Below are positions 9,809 through 20,674 of a DNA stretch of 64,000 nucleotides, piece by piece. Position 1 is the first letter of the stretch; each line of letters starts with the position of its first letter. The translations under genes and the position numbers were made by a program. The stretch lies in the NCBI GenBank assembly GCA_033764955.1, contig JANRIL010000030.1, positions 1-64,000 of the forward strand, given 5' to 3'. The notes under the pieces are model-generated. The model was not told where the DNA came from. It made no database searches and saw only the letters and a list, made by a program, of their open reading frames with translations. The DNA is from Cyanobacteriota bacterium (lineage in GTDB: Bacteria; Cyanobacteriota; Cyanobacteriia; Thermostichales; Thermostichaceae).

Positions 9809-10023
9809 CTTATTAAACACCAGCAATAGCGTTGACAATCTAAACCATACCTCAATCAGAGTGGCTGGAAAGTATAGGATTGAGCAATTTCAAAGGGCAG
9901 TTTGACCCGTCCATTGACACTGAGAATCGACAATGCCAAGCGGTCAAACCAGACCGTGTAAGACCTGGCACCATACCAAATTGAGCAACGTTTCGATGTT
10001 GGATAGCTCACTGCCTTAGCTAA

Positions 10024-10485
10024 CTACTGGTTTCCTTGGATCCAACGCTCACACTCCTCCAAAACCTCTTGACTGGCGGGAAATGTTAGCAGCTTCATCC
10101 CCTCTTGATAGGTGCACCAGCGATAGTCGGCTAATTCAGCCACTTGAATGCGAACCTCAGGCAGGGATCCCTCGGCGGTTGGTTCCACCTGCGCCACAAA
10201 ATAAGTCACGGACTTTTGTACGGGGATCCCTGTTCGGTTGGTGAAGTAGTAGCTTTCCTGAAAGCGGATCCCCTCAATCACCCGATAGTGCTCCAGCCCC
10301 GTTTCTTCCTGAAGTTCCCGGCGGGCAGCCTCCAGATCACTCTCATTGCCATCTTTATGCCCCTTCGGGAACCCCCAGTGTCCCTTGTTGTGAAGGATCA
10401 AGAGGTAAAGGTGGCTAGGGGATCCCTGCTGAGGGGGCTGAAATATGGGCAGGATCCCAAAGGCAGCATCTTGAAACATGATCAC
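10024..10485 (-). CDS. NUDIX hydrolase (Ap4A hydrolase-like)
   Basis: Nudix box HWGFPKGHKDGNESDLEAARRELQEETG. Confidence 0.88.
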   Translation of the reverse strand: MIMFQDAAFGILPIFQPPQQGSPSHLYLLILHNKGHWGFPKGHKDGNESDLEAARRELQEETGLEHYRVIEGIRFQESYYFTNRTGIPVQKSVTYFVAQVEPTAEGSLPEVRIQVAELADYRWCTYQEGMKLLTFPASQEVLEECERWIQGNQ

Positions 10486-10695
10486 AACTCAACGCTCAAC
10501 AAACTTCCCATCCCCAGAGCTGAAGCCCTATGGCCTGGGGGGAGTGAGATAAATTTTAGACAAAAAATGGGGAATTGGGAAATACTAAAGAATCATAGCC
10601 TGCATTGCTCTGGATTCATCTCTCAGTTTTCCTGCTTATCTTAATTCTTGAGTGCCGGATGAGTGGGTATTCCACTCCGATGGGGGTTCGTCAGC

Positions 10696-12507
10696 TTATT
10701 CAGTTTGTAACTTTAAGACGGCCATAAAAGCTTCCTGCGGTACATCAACGGTTCCGACTGACTTCATCCGTTTTTTACCCTCTTTTTGCTTCTCTAACAA
10801 TTTCCGTTTACGGGAGATGTCCCCTCCATAGCACTTGGCCAAAACATTTTTTCGCAGGGCGGGAATGGTTTCACGAGCAACCACTTTAGAGCCAATAGCC
10901 GCCTGAATGGGCACCTCAAATTGATGACGGGGGATTAACTCGCGTAGCTTGGAGGTGAGGGCTTTGCCTACATACATCGATTTCGTGCGGTGAACAATCG
11001 TGGAAAGCGAATCCACTGGCTCCCCATTGATCAAAACATCCAACCGCACCAGATCATCAGGACGATATCCCATCAACTGATAGTCCATGCTGGCATAGCC
11101 CCGCGTGCGAGACTTCATCTGATCAAAAAAGTCGGTGACTACTTCGGCTAAGGGCAATTCATAAACCAACGTGGTGCGTTCCTTCGCCAGATAACGCATA
11201 TCTTTAAAAATCCCTCGCTTGGTTTCACACAACTCCATGACAGCTCCCACAAAGTTTTCGGGTAGGATGACCTCCACTTTGACAATCGGTTCTTCAATTT
11301 CGGTGCGTTCGTTGGGAGAAGGCAGGTCGCTGGGGTTATCGACCAAAACGATCGATCCATCATTAAGGGTAACTCGATAGACCACCGTAGGTGCCGTAAT
11401 CACTAGGTCAAGGTTATATTCTCGCTCTAGGCGTTCTTGCACTACTTCCATATGCAATAGCCCCAAAAATCCGCATCGAAAGCCAAAGCCCATCGCACTG
11501 GAAACCTCAGGCTCAAACTGAAGAGCCGCATCATTTAATTTGAGTTTTTCTAATGCTTCTTTGAGTTCAGGATATTGATCAGAACTGGTGGGAAACATCC
11601 CACAAAAGACCATCGGTTTTGCCTCAGTATATCCAGGCAAAGCGGCGGGAGCCTTGCGATCTACGAGGGTGATGGTATCGCCAACGCGAGCATGTTCAAC
11701 TGTTTTAATAGCAGCGCTGATAAATCCTACTTCTCCAGCGTGCAGCTCATTGACTAATACCTGATTGGGTTTGAGAATGCCCACCTCATCAATTTGAAAT
11801 TCCCGATCCACCGCCATGAAGAGGATTTTGTCTCCAGTTTTGACTTTGCCATCCATGACCCTGACATAGACAATCACGCCTCGGTAAGGGTCGTAATAGC
11901 TATCAAAAATTAAGGCTCGTAAGGGATCCCCTATCGTATTGCGGGGGGGGGGGATCCGCTGCACAATGGCCTCCAGAATTTCATCAATGCCGATACCGGC
12001 TTTGGCGGAGGTCAAAATGGCTCCACTGCAATCCAGACCAATTACTTCCTCGATTTCTCGAATCACCCGTTCGGGATCGGCACTGGGCAGATCAATTTTG
12101 TTGATGACGGGAATGATTTCCAGATTATTCTCCAGCGCCAAATAGACATTGGCGAGGGTTTGCGCCTCTACCCCCTGAGAGGCATCCACCACCAATAATG
12201 CCCCCTCACAGGCGGCCAGAGAGCGCGACACTTCATAGGTAAAATCCACATGTCCAGGAGTATCGATCAAGTTGAGGACATACGACTGACCATCCTTGGC
12301 TTGATAGTTCATGCGGGCGGCTTGCAGCTTGATAGTAATACCGCGCTCCCGCTCCAGATCCATATTGTCGAGCAGTTGCGGCTTCATCTCCCGTGTGGAA
12401 ACGGTTCCCGTCTGCTGCAAGAGTCGATCCGCCAGCGTAGACTTGCCGTGGTCGATGTGGGCAATGATCGAAAAGTTGCGGAGATGGGAAACAGGAACGT
12501 CCGTCAT
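10696..12507 (-). CDS. lepA: Elongation factor 4 (LepA)
   Basis: [44 protein letters not shown]. Confidence 0.99.
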   Translation of the reverse strand: MTDVPVSHLRNFSIIAHIDHGKSTLADRLLQQTGTVSTREMKPQLLDNMDLERERGITIKLQAARMNYQAKDGQSYVLNLIDTPGHVDFTYEVSRSLAACEGALLVVDASQGVEAQTLANVYLALENNLEIIPVINKIDLPSADPERVIREIEEVIGLDCSGAILTSAKAGIGIDEILEAIVQRIPPPRNTIGDPLRALIFDSYYDPYRGVIVYVRVMDGKVKTGDKILFMAVDREFQIDEVGILKPNQVLVNELHAGEVGFISAAIKTVEHARVGDTITLVDRKAPAALPGYTEAKPMVFCGMFPTSSDQYPELKEALEKLKLNDAALQFEPEVSSAMGFGFRCGFLGLLHMEVVQERLEREYNLDLVITAPTVVYRVTLNDGSIVLVDNPSDLPSPNERTEIEEPIVKVEVILPENFVGAVMELCETKRGIFKDMRYLAKERTTLVYELPLAEVVTDFFDQMKSRTRGYASMDYQLMGYRPDDLVRLDVLINGEPVDSLSTIVHRTKSMYVGKALTSKLRELIPRHQFEVPIQAAIGSKVVARETIPALRKNVLAKCYGGDISRKRKLLEKQKEGKKRMKSVGTVDVPQEAFMAVLKLQTE

Positions 12508-12731
12508 AGGGGGGGGGAGTTCAGATAGGCAAAGAATTTTTACAATCCTAGCGCGTCCGAAGGGTTGTTCGGATTTTGCCGAGTTTACTCACAAAGATTT
12601 TTGAGAGAAGGGATCCAGTCGCGCATTTTTTGCTAAACCGGAATCAGGAAGCCCCCTGCCCCATCCCAGGCAACCCAGGGTCATTCCGCTTTATCCTGCT
12701 TTTCTCAAGGAGTTCCTACTTGCATCACCTC

Positions 12732-13118
12732 ATGTCTACTCCCCCTATCCGAGTCAATCCGTTGGATCCCACCTACCAGATGGCGCTGACTGCTGTGGCA
12801 GCTGCCGAAGAGCGAAAAGGTGGCGATATTGTGCTTTTGGATGTCCGGCATATTTCTACGTTGGCCGATTACTTTTTGTTAGTTACAGGCTATTCCACCA
12901 CACAGGTGAGAGCGATTAGCCGAGCCATCGAAGACAAACTGGGGGAAACCTGGCAAACCTTCCCTCTGCGAACGGAAGGGCAGCAGGCCGCCACCTGGGT
13001 CTTGCTGGATTATGCCGACATGATCGTGCATGTCTTGTTGCCATCGGAGCGAGCTTTCTATGACCTGGAATCTTTTTGGGGACAGGCTCATCGGATTGAT
13101 TTGCCCTTGGCGGGCTAA
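12732..13118 (+). CDS. rsfS: Ribosome silencing factor RsfS
   Basis: KGGDIVLLDV, ADYF, WVLLDYAD.IVH, R.FYDLESFW; start placed at ATG 12732. Confidence 0.93.
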   Translation: MSTPPIRVNPLDPTYQMALTAVAAAEERKGGDIVLLDVRHISTLADYFLLVTGYSTTQVRAISRAIEDKLGETWQTFPLRTEGQQAATWVLLDYADMIVHVLLPSERAFYDLESFWGQAHRIDLPLAG

Positions 13119-13899
13119 CCGCCTTCAGCCGCTCCCTCATTGTGCTCCTGAGCCGATGGCTGGATAGGGCAAGGGATCCCTATGGCCTATATTTGTGCCG
13201 AGGAAACTTGCTGATGAAGCAAGGTAAATTCATGTGTCTAAGCTGCAATAAAATCGAACATATTGATAGGCGACTTGGTTAGAATTAATTTGTCCCACCA
13301 GACTCACAAATACTTAAGATTTGCTTAAGGCTTGTTTGAGTTTAATTTGTTGTTTACATCACCATAATTTCTTTTGGTTTTCCCTTAAAATTTCAAGTGT
13401 TGGTTTCAAGTAGGTTAGACGGAGTCTTCCATCAATTTTGCGAGACGAGTTGATTTGTGTTCGTTGTCTCTCTTGATTGTCAGATAGTTGCTAACATTGC
13501 AGGCAGCTTAGCAGATTCAGTTTGAGTAATTTTCTAGTCTTTTCTGCTAGATTCCTTTAGATTCTTTAGCCTCTCAATGGGCTGAGATAAAAACCCTCGG
13601 AAAGCATCTGAAACAGGCAGCTATGGGCTTGCTAGGTAGAATTTTGATGTCTTTGTCAGTCCATTTTCTAGCTTATTCCTTGGATCGGTAAGTTTGATTT
13701 CGTCAGTTGTTTGCATTGAGGGAGAAATCCGGCAAAAATGCTCAGGATTTTGTCATCAAGTTTTCATGTTGAAGGCTTATCTAAGTAATATATCTAAAAA
13801 TTGTCTGGAATGGGCTATGAGTCTGTTTTTATTAAACCAGTCGTTGAAAGGTTTTCCACCATGACTGATTTTCCTAAGCAATCCACACAGAGGTTACCT

Positions 13900-14217
13900 A
13901 TGGAACGAGAGCTGATCAACATCATCGAATACCTCGCCCTTGGGCAAGTCGAACAGTGCCTCAGCACGGAGTATGCCCACCAACCTTTATTTTGTGACCA
14001 TACTCAACGGCAAGCATTGATGCAGGCCATCCTTAACCGGATCCCGCCGGTGTATATGTGGCTAGCCCCCGATGAATGCCCTGATTTGGATTTATTGATG
14101 GCGGCGGAGCAAGCGCAACTGCAAGCGGTGGTTCGGCAAGAAATTGAACGGCAACGGCAAGCGGTTCCCTTGCACGCCTCGCCGTACTCTTCCCTGATGA
14201 CGGAGGTTTATTATTGA
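13900..14217 (+). CDS. ComFB-family small protein
   Basis: LINIIEYLA..VEQ.L...AILNRIPPVY resembles the ComFB N.hE...aLNrlP..Y pattern; start uncertain (13861 or 13900). Confidence 0.6.
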   Translation: MERELINIIEYLALGQVEQCLSTEYAHQPLFCDHTQRQALMQAILNRIPPVYMWLAPDECPDLDLLMAAEQAQLQAVVRQEIERQRQAVPLHASPYSSLMTEVYY

Positions 14218-14242
14218 GGGAGCGTTGTTTTGGCGGGTTGGT

Positions 14243-15184
14243 ATGCTCCCCATCTACTACACGGATGTTTACCTTCAGCATCAGCCAGGGGGATTTCATC
14301 CAGAACGTCCGGCTCGCCTAGAGGAAATTGTCAAAGCCCTACGCTCCGCACCTTTTGCTGCTGACTTAGAATGGCGGGATCCCCATCTGGCTCGCCTAGA
14401 AGACATTGAGCGAGTCCATCCGCCCGACTACATTCGGTGGATTGCAGATTTGGCGGAACAGGGAGGGGGGCGAGTCGATGCCGACACGATCCTTTCGGCA
14501 GAGAGCTATCGAGCCGCCCGTCTAGCTGTGGGGGGTTGGATTGATGGCGTGCAAGCGGTGTTGACCACACAACAACCCGCTTTAGTTTTGTGTCGCCCAC
14601 CGGGGCATCATGCGGAGCCAAGCCAAGGCATGGGGTTTTGTGTTTTTGCCAATGCCGCCATTGCTGCCCTTTGGGCACTCGATCAACCCAACATCCAACG
14701 GGTGGCGGTTTTTGATTGGGATGTTCATCACGGCAACGGCACCCAACATATTTTTGAGTCCCATCCTCAACTGGCTTATGTCTCCACCCACGAGTTCCCT
14801 CTTTACCCCGGAACCGGAGCAGCGGCGGAGACGGGATCCTTCGGCAATATCTGTAATATCCCTTTGGCGGCGGGTTCTGACTGGTCGGTTTATCAACGGG
14901 CGATGCAAGAGCAGGTTCTGCCTTTTTTAGAAAAATTTCAGCCGGATCTGTTGCTGATCAGTGCGGGGTTTGACTGTGCGAAAGGGGATCCCTTAGCGCA
15001 CATGAATCTGTTGCCGGAGGATTTTGGCAGGATGGCGGCGATGTGCCTACAGCTCACCCCACGGGTTTTGTTTGGCTTGGAAGGCGGCTATGATCTGCGA
15101 AATCTGGCGGAGGGCTGGTTAAGTGTGGCACAAGCCTGCTTAGATTCTCAGCGCTTGCTTGCCCAAAAATCGGTGATGGTATAG
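14243..15184 (+). CDS. Histone deacetylase family protein
   Basis: HPERPARL, RPPGHHA, GFC, DWDVHHGNGTQ, SAGFD, LEGGY. Confidence 0.95.
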   Translation: MLPIYYTDVYLQHQPGGFHPERPARLEEIVKALRSAPFAADLEWRDPHLARLEDIERVHPPDYIRWIADLAEQGGGRVDADTILSAESYRAARLAVGGWIDGVQAVLTTQQPALVLCRPPGHHAEPSQGMGFCVFANAAIAALWALDQPNIQRVAVFDWDVHHGNGTQHIFESHPQLAYVSTHEFPLYPGTGAAAETGSFGNICNIPLAAGSDWSVYQRAMQEQVLPFLEKFQPDLLLISAGFDCAKGDPLAHMNLLPEDFGRMAAMCLQLTPRVLFGLEGGYDLRNLAEGWLSVAQACLDSQRLLAQKSVMV

Positions 15185-15762
15185 CCCAACTCCGTTAACA
15201 TCCGCCCCAACAATGGCATACTCAACCCAATCACATTGGTATGGCAACCTTGGATCCCTTCCACCCAAACTCCTCCATAGCCATCAATCGCAAAACATCC
15301 CGCACAGGCTAACGGTTCTCCGGTAGCAATATAGGCTTGAATCTCATGATCACTGGGTTTGGCAAAAAAGACCCGCGTGACAGCGTAGTGACAAAGGGAC
15401 TTGCCTTGATAAGTATCAATGAGGGCGTGACCCGTAAACAGTTCTCCCACTCCTCCCCGCATGGCTTGCCAACGGTCCAGCGCTTCTTCTGGGCTATCGG
15501 GTTTACCCTGAATCGCTCCGTTGAAATAAAGAATGGAGTCAGCCCCGATCACTAGGGCGGGTTGTTGCTGTCGTTGGGCAATCACTTCCGCTTTTTTGGC
15601 AGCTAAGGTTTTCACTAGCACTATCGGGTCTGCCTCCTGAATGCCATCTTCATCAAAATGGCTGGGTTGAGCCGTGAAGCAGAAGCCAGCGGCCTCTAGC
15701 AACCGTTGGCGAGCCGGAGATTGCGAAGCCAAGATCAGGGGAGGCCGATAGCGATCTGACAT
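15148..15762 (-). CDS. maf: Maf-family nucleoside triphosphate pyrophosphatase
   Basis: LILASQSPARQRLL, IGADS, GKP, NVIGL; start placed at ATG 15762. Confidence 0.93.
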   Translation of the reverse strand: MSDRYRPPLILASQSPARQRLLEAAGFCFTAQPSHFDEDGIQEADPIVLVKTLAAKKAEVIAQRQQQPALVIGADSILYFNGAIQGKPDSPEEALDRWQAMRGGVGELFTGHALIDTYQGKSLCHYAVTRVFFAKPSDHEIQAYIATGEPLACAGCFAIDGYGGVWVEGIQGCHTNVIGLSMPLLGRMLTELGYTITDFWASKR

Positions 15763-16112
15763 AGTTTCTGTCAACCCGAAGCTAAGGATGGAATCATTTT
15801 CCCCAATTTTTTCTGAATACTCTACTGACTCATCAAAAGAAGGACTGTATTGTTTAAGGAGTTGAGTCAAAGTTGGATTAGATTTTGCAAAATTAAAGGG
15901 AGTTTTGCCAGTATTATCTTTGATACAGTCCTTTCGTGAATCGCCTGTTACGGATCATCCTAATCACTACCCACTACTAAACCATCTCCTAGTGAGAGAG
16001 AGGAGCAAAGCCATACTGGATAATCACCGAAAGAGCTGTAGTGTGTTTAACAGTTAATCACTATGTCGATCTTCCAGACAATAATTATGTAAAATTTCTG
16101 TGGATCCCTATT

Positions 16113-16206
16113 TATAGTCGTTCCAATTTAGCTTGAGAACCCCAAAATCTCTCAAAGCTTGGATGTCAATATTTAGGTAGTCGCATTCTTGTTTGGAATG
16201 ACTATA
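16113..16206. repeat. Miniature inverted-repeat element, family B copy 1
   Basis: Ends tatagtcgttccaa / ttggaatgactata (1 mismatch); homologous to 49237-49329. Confidence 0.7.
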
Positions 16207-16334
16207 TATTAGGAGGGTACGAGATTCGCTAACAGGTTTTGTAAATGAGTTAGGTAGCCAATGGTTTCAATTTCTGCAGATGGAAACTAGAAAATTTGAC
16301 GACAGATATGGTGACTGATGATCCAGTCAGCCTT

Positions 16335-16570
16335 TTACAAGCAAAAGCTATTCCACGAAGCCCAGAGGAGATCTAAAAATTCAGATGTAGTGGATAACGT
16401 CTCAGAATCAACAGGGCCAGCAACAGTTGCTACGGAAGAATCAGGCATCCGCAATTTTGCTTTTGAGAAGAGTTCATCGCTAAGAGGCAGGATATCTAAG
16501 GTATCAATCTCATCATCTGTCATGGCATCAACTTTGGCTCAGTTCGTTCTTGAGATATTGTTCCTCGACC
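16335..16570 (-). pseudogene. BrnA-type antitoxin remnant
   Basis: In-frame SRTN*AKVDAMTDDEIDTLDILPLSDELFSKAKL; TGA at 16539-16541 sits where the family has W (TDWxxvdaMTDeEID); C-terminus diverges. Confidence 0.6.
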
Positions 16571-16761
16571 TGTCTACAGCCAGCTAGCCTGTCTTGCCCC
16601 AAAACCATTGGGGGCTTCCCTTAACCCTAGCAACCTTGACAGGGGATCCCTAGCCTGCTGACAATGCAAGGGGATGAGGAGATTCAGACCATACTTCCCA
16701 ATGCTTAGTCAGGTCTTGGCAGTCTCCTTGCCTTATCCTCACTTCTCCAGGGGTCTCAGAC

Positions 16762-17199
16762 ATGGCGCTCAAGGTTGGCTCGGTAGCACCGATTTTCACT
16801 ACCACAGATACTCAAGGCAAAACTGTTTCTTTGGGTGATTTTGCGGGCAAAACCGTGATCCTCTACTTCTATCCCAAAGACGATACCCCCGGCTGCACCA
16901 AAGAAGCCTGTAGCTTTCGGGATGCCTATGCCGACTACCAAGGCAAAGATTTAGTGGTCTTGGGGGTAAGCATGGATGACGAAGCGTCCCACCAAAAATT
17001 TACCGAAAAGTATAATCTGCCTTTTCCCCTCTTGGCGGATGTGGATGCCACCATTACCAAAGCCTACGATGTGGACGGCGGTGGTTATCCTAAGCGGGTC
17101 ACCTATGTGATTGACGGGGCGGGCACGATCATCCGCGTGTATGACAGTGTTAAAACGGAAACCCACGCCAGTGATATCTTGGCGGATTTGGGTCTGTAG
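16762..17199 (+). CDS. bcp: Peroxiredoxin (BCP/PrxQ)
   Basis: LYFYPKDDTPGCTKEACSFRD. Confidence 0.93.
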   Translation: MALKVGSVAPIFTTTDTQGKTVSLGDFAGKTVILYFYPKDDTPGCTKEACSFRDAYADYQGKDLVVLGVSMDDEASHQKFTEKYNLPFPLLADVDATITKAYDVDGGGYPKRVTYVIDGAGTIIRVYDSVKTETHASDILADLGL

Positions 17200-17334
17200 C
17201 CCCGCTCTGAAAGGGTTATGGTGTTAGCGGGATCCCTTTGGAATGTCTGAGTTTGGGTTGGAGTTGCTCCCTTTCCTCACCGATGATCGGGAGCCAAACC
17301 AAGGGATCCCTTCTCCCGTCAATGGAAGCTGTGC

Positions 17335-18090
17335 ATGTCAGACGATATTCCGGTAGCTCAGCGACAAACATTAGGATCCCGCTCGGCTTGGCTATCATCG
17401 GTTCGGCGGCGGCGGCGATGGGGGCGTTTGCTGCTGGGGGGGATTTTGGGCATTTTTGTGGTTGTGCTTGTCAGTTGGCAGTTTCTGCCGGATCAACCCT
17501 CACCCGCCGCCGAAGTGGCCCGCCCCTCCCCCATTGGGATCCCGGCTAGCCCAGAGAATAAACCTGTGGTTTTGGGTCACTATGCCTATGCGGAAGCTCC
17601 TCTGACCAGTTTGCAGGAAGTGGGAGCTTATCAGGGCAGAAGGATTCAGTTGCAGGTCACAGCAGCATCCAGTTACTCAAAAATGGCCGAAGCCGCCCGT
17701 AGAGATGGAATTAGTCTGGTTCCTATCTCAGGGTTTCGCACTATTGCTGACCAGGAGTATCTATTTTTTCAGCGTGCCCAAGAAAAGGCATTGCGTCCTC
17801 AAGAGCGGGCTAGTGTCAGTGCTCCCCCCGGCTATAGCGAACATCACACGGGCTATGCCATTGATATCGGAGATGCCCAGTTTCCGGCCACTGATACCGA
17901 AGTTGGTTTTGAAGAAACAGCAGCTTTTGCTTGGTTAGAAACAAATGCGGCTCGCTTTGGGTTTGAGTTGTCCTTTCCCCGGTCTAACCCGCAGGGGGTG
18001 AGCTACGAACCCTGGCATTGGCGCTATGTGGGGGATCGAGCCAGTTTGGAGACCTTCTATGCCCAATCTGCCGCGACGCCGACTCCTTAG
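17335..18090 (+). CDS. D-Ala-D-Ala carboxypeptidase, M15B/VanY family
   Basis: SGFR, APPGYSEHHTGYAIDI, YEPWHWRY; N-terminal TM. Confidence 0.92.
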   Translation: MSDDIPVAQRQTLGSRSAWLSSVRRRRRWGRLLLGGILGIFVVVLVSWQFLPDQPSPAAEVARPSPIGIPASPENKPVVLGHYAYAEAPLTSLQEVGAYQGRRIQLQVTAASSYSKMAEAARRDGISLVPISGFRTIADQEYLFFQRAQEKALRPQERASVSAPPGYSEHHTGYAIDIGDAQFPATDTEVGFEETAAFAWLETNAARFGFELSFPRSNPQGVSYEPWHWRYVGDRASLETFYAQSAATPTP

Positions 18091-19204
18091 GGGGGGGATG
18101 GCTGCCAGCCTACTCCTGGGGGCAACCGGATCCCTCAGCCTTGCGGCGGCGGTGATGCAGCCTCGCTATCGTGCGCCAGGGATCCAGATTTATCAGGAGG
18201 TGAGCACCTGGGCGGGACAATCTCTGCCGATCACGATAGTGGCGGTGCAACTTCAGGCGGCAGGATTAGTGATGCGTCCCGTTTGGGCCAGCTCCGATCA
18301 ATTGCCCGGATTGCAACCGTTGCCGGATATCTCGACCCGTTTGGGATCCGTGGCCGCGATTAACGGCGGATTTTTCAATCGCAATACCCAGCAACCCCTG
18401 GGCGCGATTCGTCTGGATAATCAGTGGATCTCCAGTCCGATTTTGGGACGAGCAGCCATCGGCTGGAATGATCAAGGGGAAATCCGCTTGCAGCGGGTGC
18501 AAGCCAACGGCGAAATTTCCACTCCTATGGGCGATCGCCTCCCCCTGCTGGGAACCAACACAGGCTATGTGGTGGCAGGACTCTCCCAATACACACGCAT
18601 CTGGGGATCCACCTACACCAGTCAAACCGATCAAGAAATCATCCTGGTAGTTGTGGGGGGGCGGATATCAGCCATTCAGTTTGCCGGGGGGGCGGGCAGT
18701 CAGCAGGTGGGGATCCCGGCTCAGGGATATCTGTTGGTGGGTCGGGAGGAGGCAGGTCGCTTGGATGCCCAACGTCTGGTGGTTGGGGATGAGATTCGCG
18801 TCCATTGGCAGGTGAATCCGCCGGAGATGGCTCGGTTTCCTCATCTTTTAGGGGCGGGACCCCTTTTGTTGGCGGAGGGTCAAATAGTCTTGGATGCTGA
18901 GTTAGAACGGTTTCAACCCAGCTTTCGCACCCAACGAGCCGCCCGTAGCGCATTGGGATGGCAAGGCTCCGATCACATTCTCTGGGTCACGGCTGGACAA
19001 GCTCAAGAGCAGACAGGTTTAACGTTGCAGGAGATGGCAACACTGATGCAGCATTTGGGCTGTCAGGCAGCTTTGAATTTGGACGGAGGCAATTCCTCCA
19101 CGTTGGTTTATCAAGGGAAGGTATTAAACCAACCCCAGGCAGAAGGGGAAGTACGGATGATCAGACCACGGGTACACAATGGGTTGGGGCTGTTTCGCCC
19201 CTAA
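18059..19204 (+). CDS. Phosphodiester glycosidase (NAGPA) family protein with Tat-like signal
   Basis: AAINGGFF, GAGP, AARSA, ALNLDGGNSS; N-terminus MPNLPRRRLL. Confidence 0.85.
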   Translation: MPNLPRRRLLRGGMAASLLLGATGSLSLAAAVMQPRYRAPGIQIYQEVSTWAGQSLPITIVAVQLQAAGLVMRPVWASSDQLPGLQPLPDISTRLGSVAAINGGFFNRNTQQPLGAIRLDNQWISSPILGRAAIGWNDQGEIRLQRVQANGEISTPMGDRLPLLGTNTGYVVAGLSQYTRIWGSTYTSQTDQEIILVVVGGRISAIQFAGGAGSQQVGIPAQGYLLVGREEAGRLDAQRLVVGDEIRVHWQVNPPEMARFPHLLGAGPLLLAEGQIVLDAELERFQPSFRTQRAARSALGWQGSDHILWVTAGQAQEQTGLTLQEMATLMQHLGCQAALNLDGGNSSTLVYQGKVLNQPQAEGEVRMIRPRVHNGLGLFRP

Positions 19205-19296
19205 GCAACTGGATTGATTCTTAGATTCTTGAATGATCGGACAGACATCAACATCCCCACCTAAAATAAAGCCAATTGGCTGGGTTTGAGGCAATC

Positions 19297-19887
19297 ATGG
19301 CGCGCAGCAAGCAAATGAAACTACTGGGATCCGAGCTGGAGGGATCCCGTCCGTTTGCCCTCAAAAACCAGATTGAAGCCATTCTCTATCTGAAGGGGCA
19401 GCCTCTCGATGTAGCCAGTCTGGCAGAACTGGCGGATTGTAAGCGGGATGAGGCGTATGATGCGGTTTTGGAGCTGATGGAAGATTATGCCCACCGTGAT
19501 TCCGCCTTAGAAGTCTTGGCGCTCCCAGAGGGGTTTGCCCTGCAACTGCGCCCACCCTTTTTGCCCCTGGTTAGTGAAATTTTACCCCCTGAGCTGGGGG
19601 TGGGATCCCTGCGAACCCTGGCGATGATTATCTTGCGCGGGCCACTTTCTCAGGCTGATTTGGTAGAACTGCGCGGTCCCTCCGCCTATCAGCAGGTAGC
19701 CGATCTGGTGGAAAAAGGCTTTGTCACCAAATACCGCCAAGCAGGTAGCCGCTCCGCCTGGTTAAAAGTCACCAATAAGTTTCATCATTACTTTAGTGTC
19801 AATGAATTGGCCTCCGTCCATGCCCAGATCATGGCCACGCCAGATGTCATAGAGCCAGCAGCAGCAACGGATCCCTTCGAGTCATAA
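19297..19887 (+). CDS. scpB: SMC-Scp complex subunit ScpB
   Basis: IEAILY, LRTLA.I...GP..Q.DL..LRG, T.KF..YF. Confidence 0.92.
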   Translation: MARSKQMKLLGSELEGSRPFALKNQIEAILYLKGQPLDVASLAELADCKRDEAYDAVLELMEDYAHRDSALEVLALPEGFALQLRPPFLPLVSEILPPELGVGSLRTLAMIILRGPLSQADLVELRGPSAYQQVADLVEKGFVTKYRQAGSRSAWLKVTNKFHHYFSVNELASVHAQIMATPDVIEPAAATDPFES

Positions 19888-19896
19888 GCCCCGGCT

Positions 19897-20355
19897 ATGC
19901 CTAACCTAGAGCGGATTCGTGAGCATCAAGCCAATGAACGAACCTTTTTAGCCTGATTACGAACATCCATTGCTTTGATTGGTTTTGGCTTTGCCATTGC
20001 TCGTTTTGGCTTTTTGGTGGTGGAAGTGGAAGCCACTTTAACGTCCTCTGAGGCGACCTCCTCTGAACCGTGGATCAGCTCTCAAACCCTTGGCTTAGCC
20101 CTGGTTGTCCTGGGAATTGGGGTGATTGGGCTGGCGGACTGGAACTATCGGCTGGTCTATCAACAGATCGAAAAAGGATCTTATTCTCCCAATCCATTTT
20201 TGGTGGCATTGATGACCGTCTTGGTGATGACCCTGGGATGTTTGAGCATTCCCTTTGTTTTCTTGCGAACCGCCCCCTCCCAACGGCAGCCTACTTTGCC
20301 GCCACCGACTTCAACCCCAGAGGTTTCTCCTCTGAACGGGCAAGAAGAACCATGA
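19897..20355 (+). pseudogene. YidH/DUF202 membrane protein with in-frame TGA at codon 20
   Basis: MPNLERIREHQANERTFLA*LRTSIALIGFG; the family motif is ANERTFLAW.RT; stop at 19954-19956. Confidence 0.8.
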
Positions 20356-20674
20356 GAAAGATCCACAGAAAAGCTGAATAAAGCAGTTGGTTTTTACAAA
20401 ACCTTATCTAAGAGCCTCCTGATGGCAGACTTCCTGAGATAGGACTCGCTGTGTTGGCTACTTTGTGTCAGTTGTTTCCCCTGCTTAAATTTCTCAATTT
20501 TTCAGGTCTTTTACTCAATAGATCTGGGTGCGGGGTGGCTCCAACGGATTTATCTTTTTGCTCAAGTTTTTTCTCAACAGCCTCCCGTCAAAACTAAATG
20601 ATGCTTTATCCGAGCTGCTTCGGCTCTTTTGAAATATTCTCTAGCTCTTATTCAGAGTGATGAGAATGTGGTGT

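Noticed and set aside
9809..10023. Sequence downstream of tRNA-His as a possible integration site
   Set aside because: No integrase and no duplicated tRNA 3' end seen in the window.
16539..19956. Two TGA codons at conserved Trp positions, suggesting UGA=Trp recoding
   Set aside because: Many intact genes here terminate at TGA (dcyD, ligA, ygfZ) and use TGG for Trp; TGG>TGA is a common nonsense transition.
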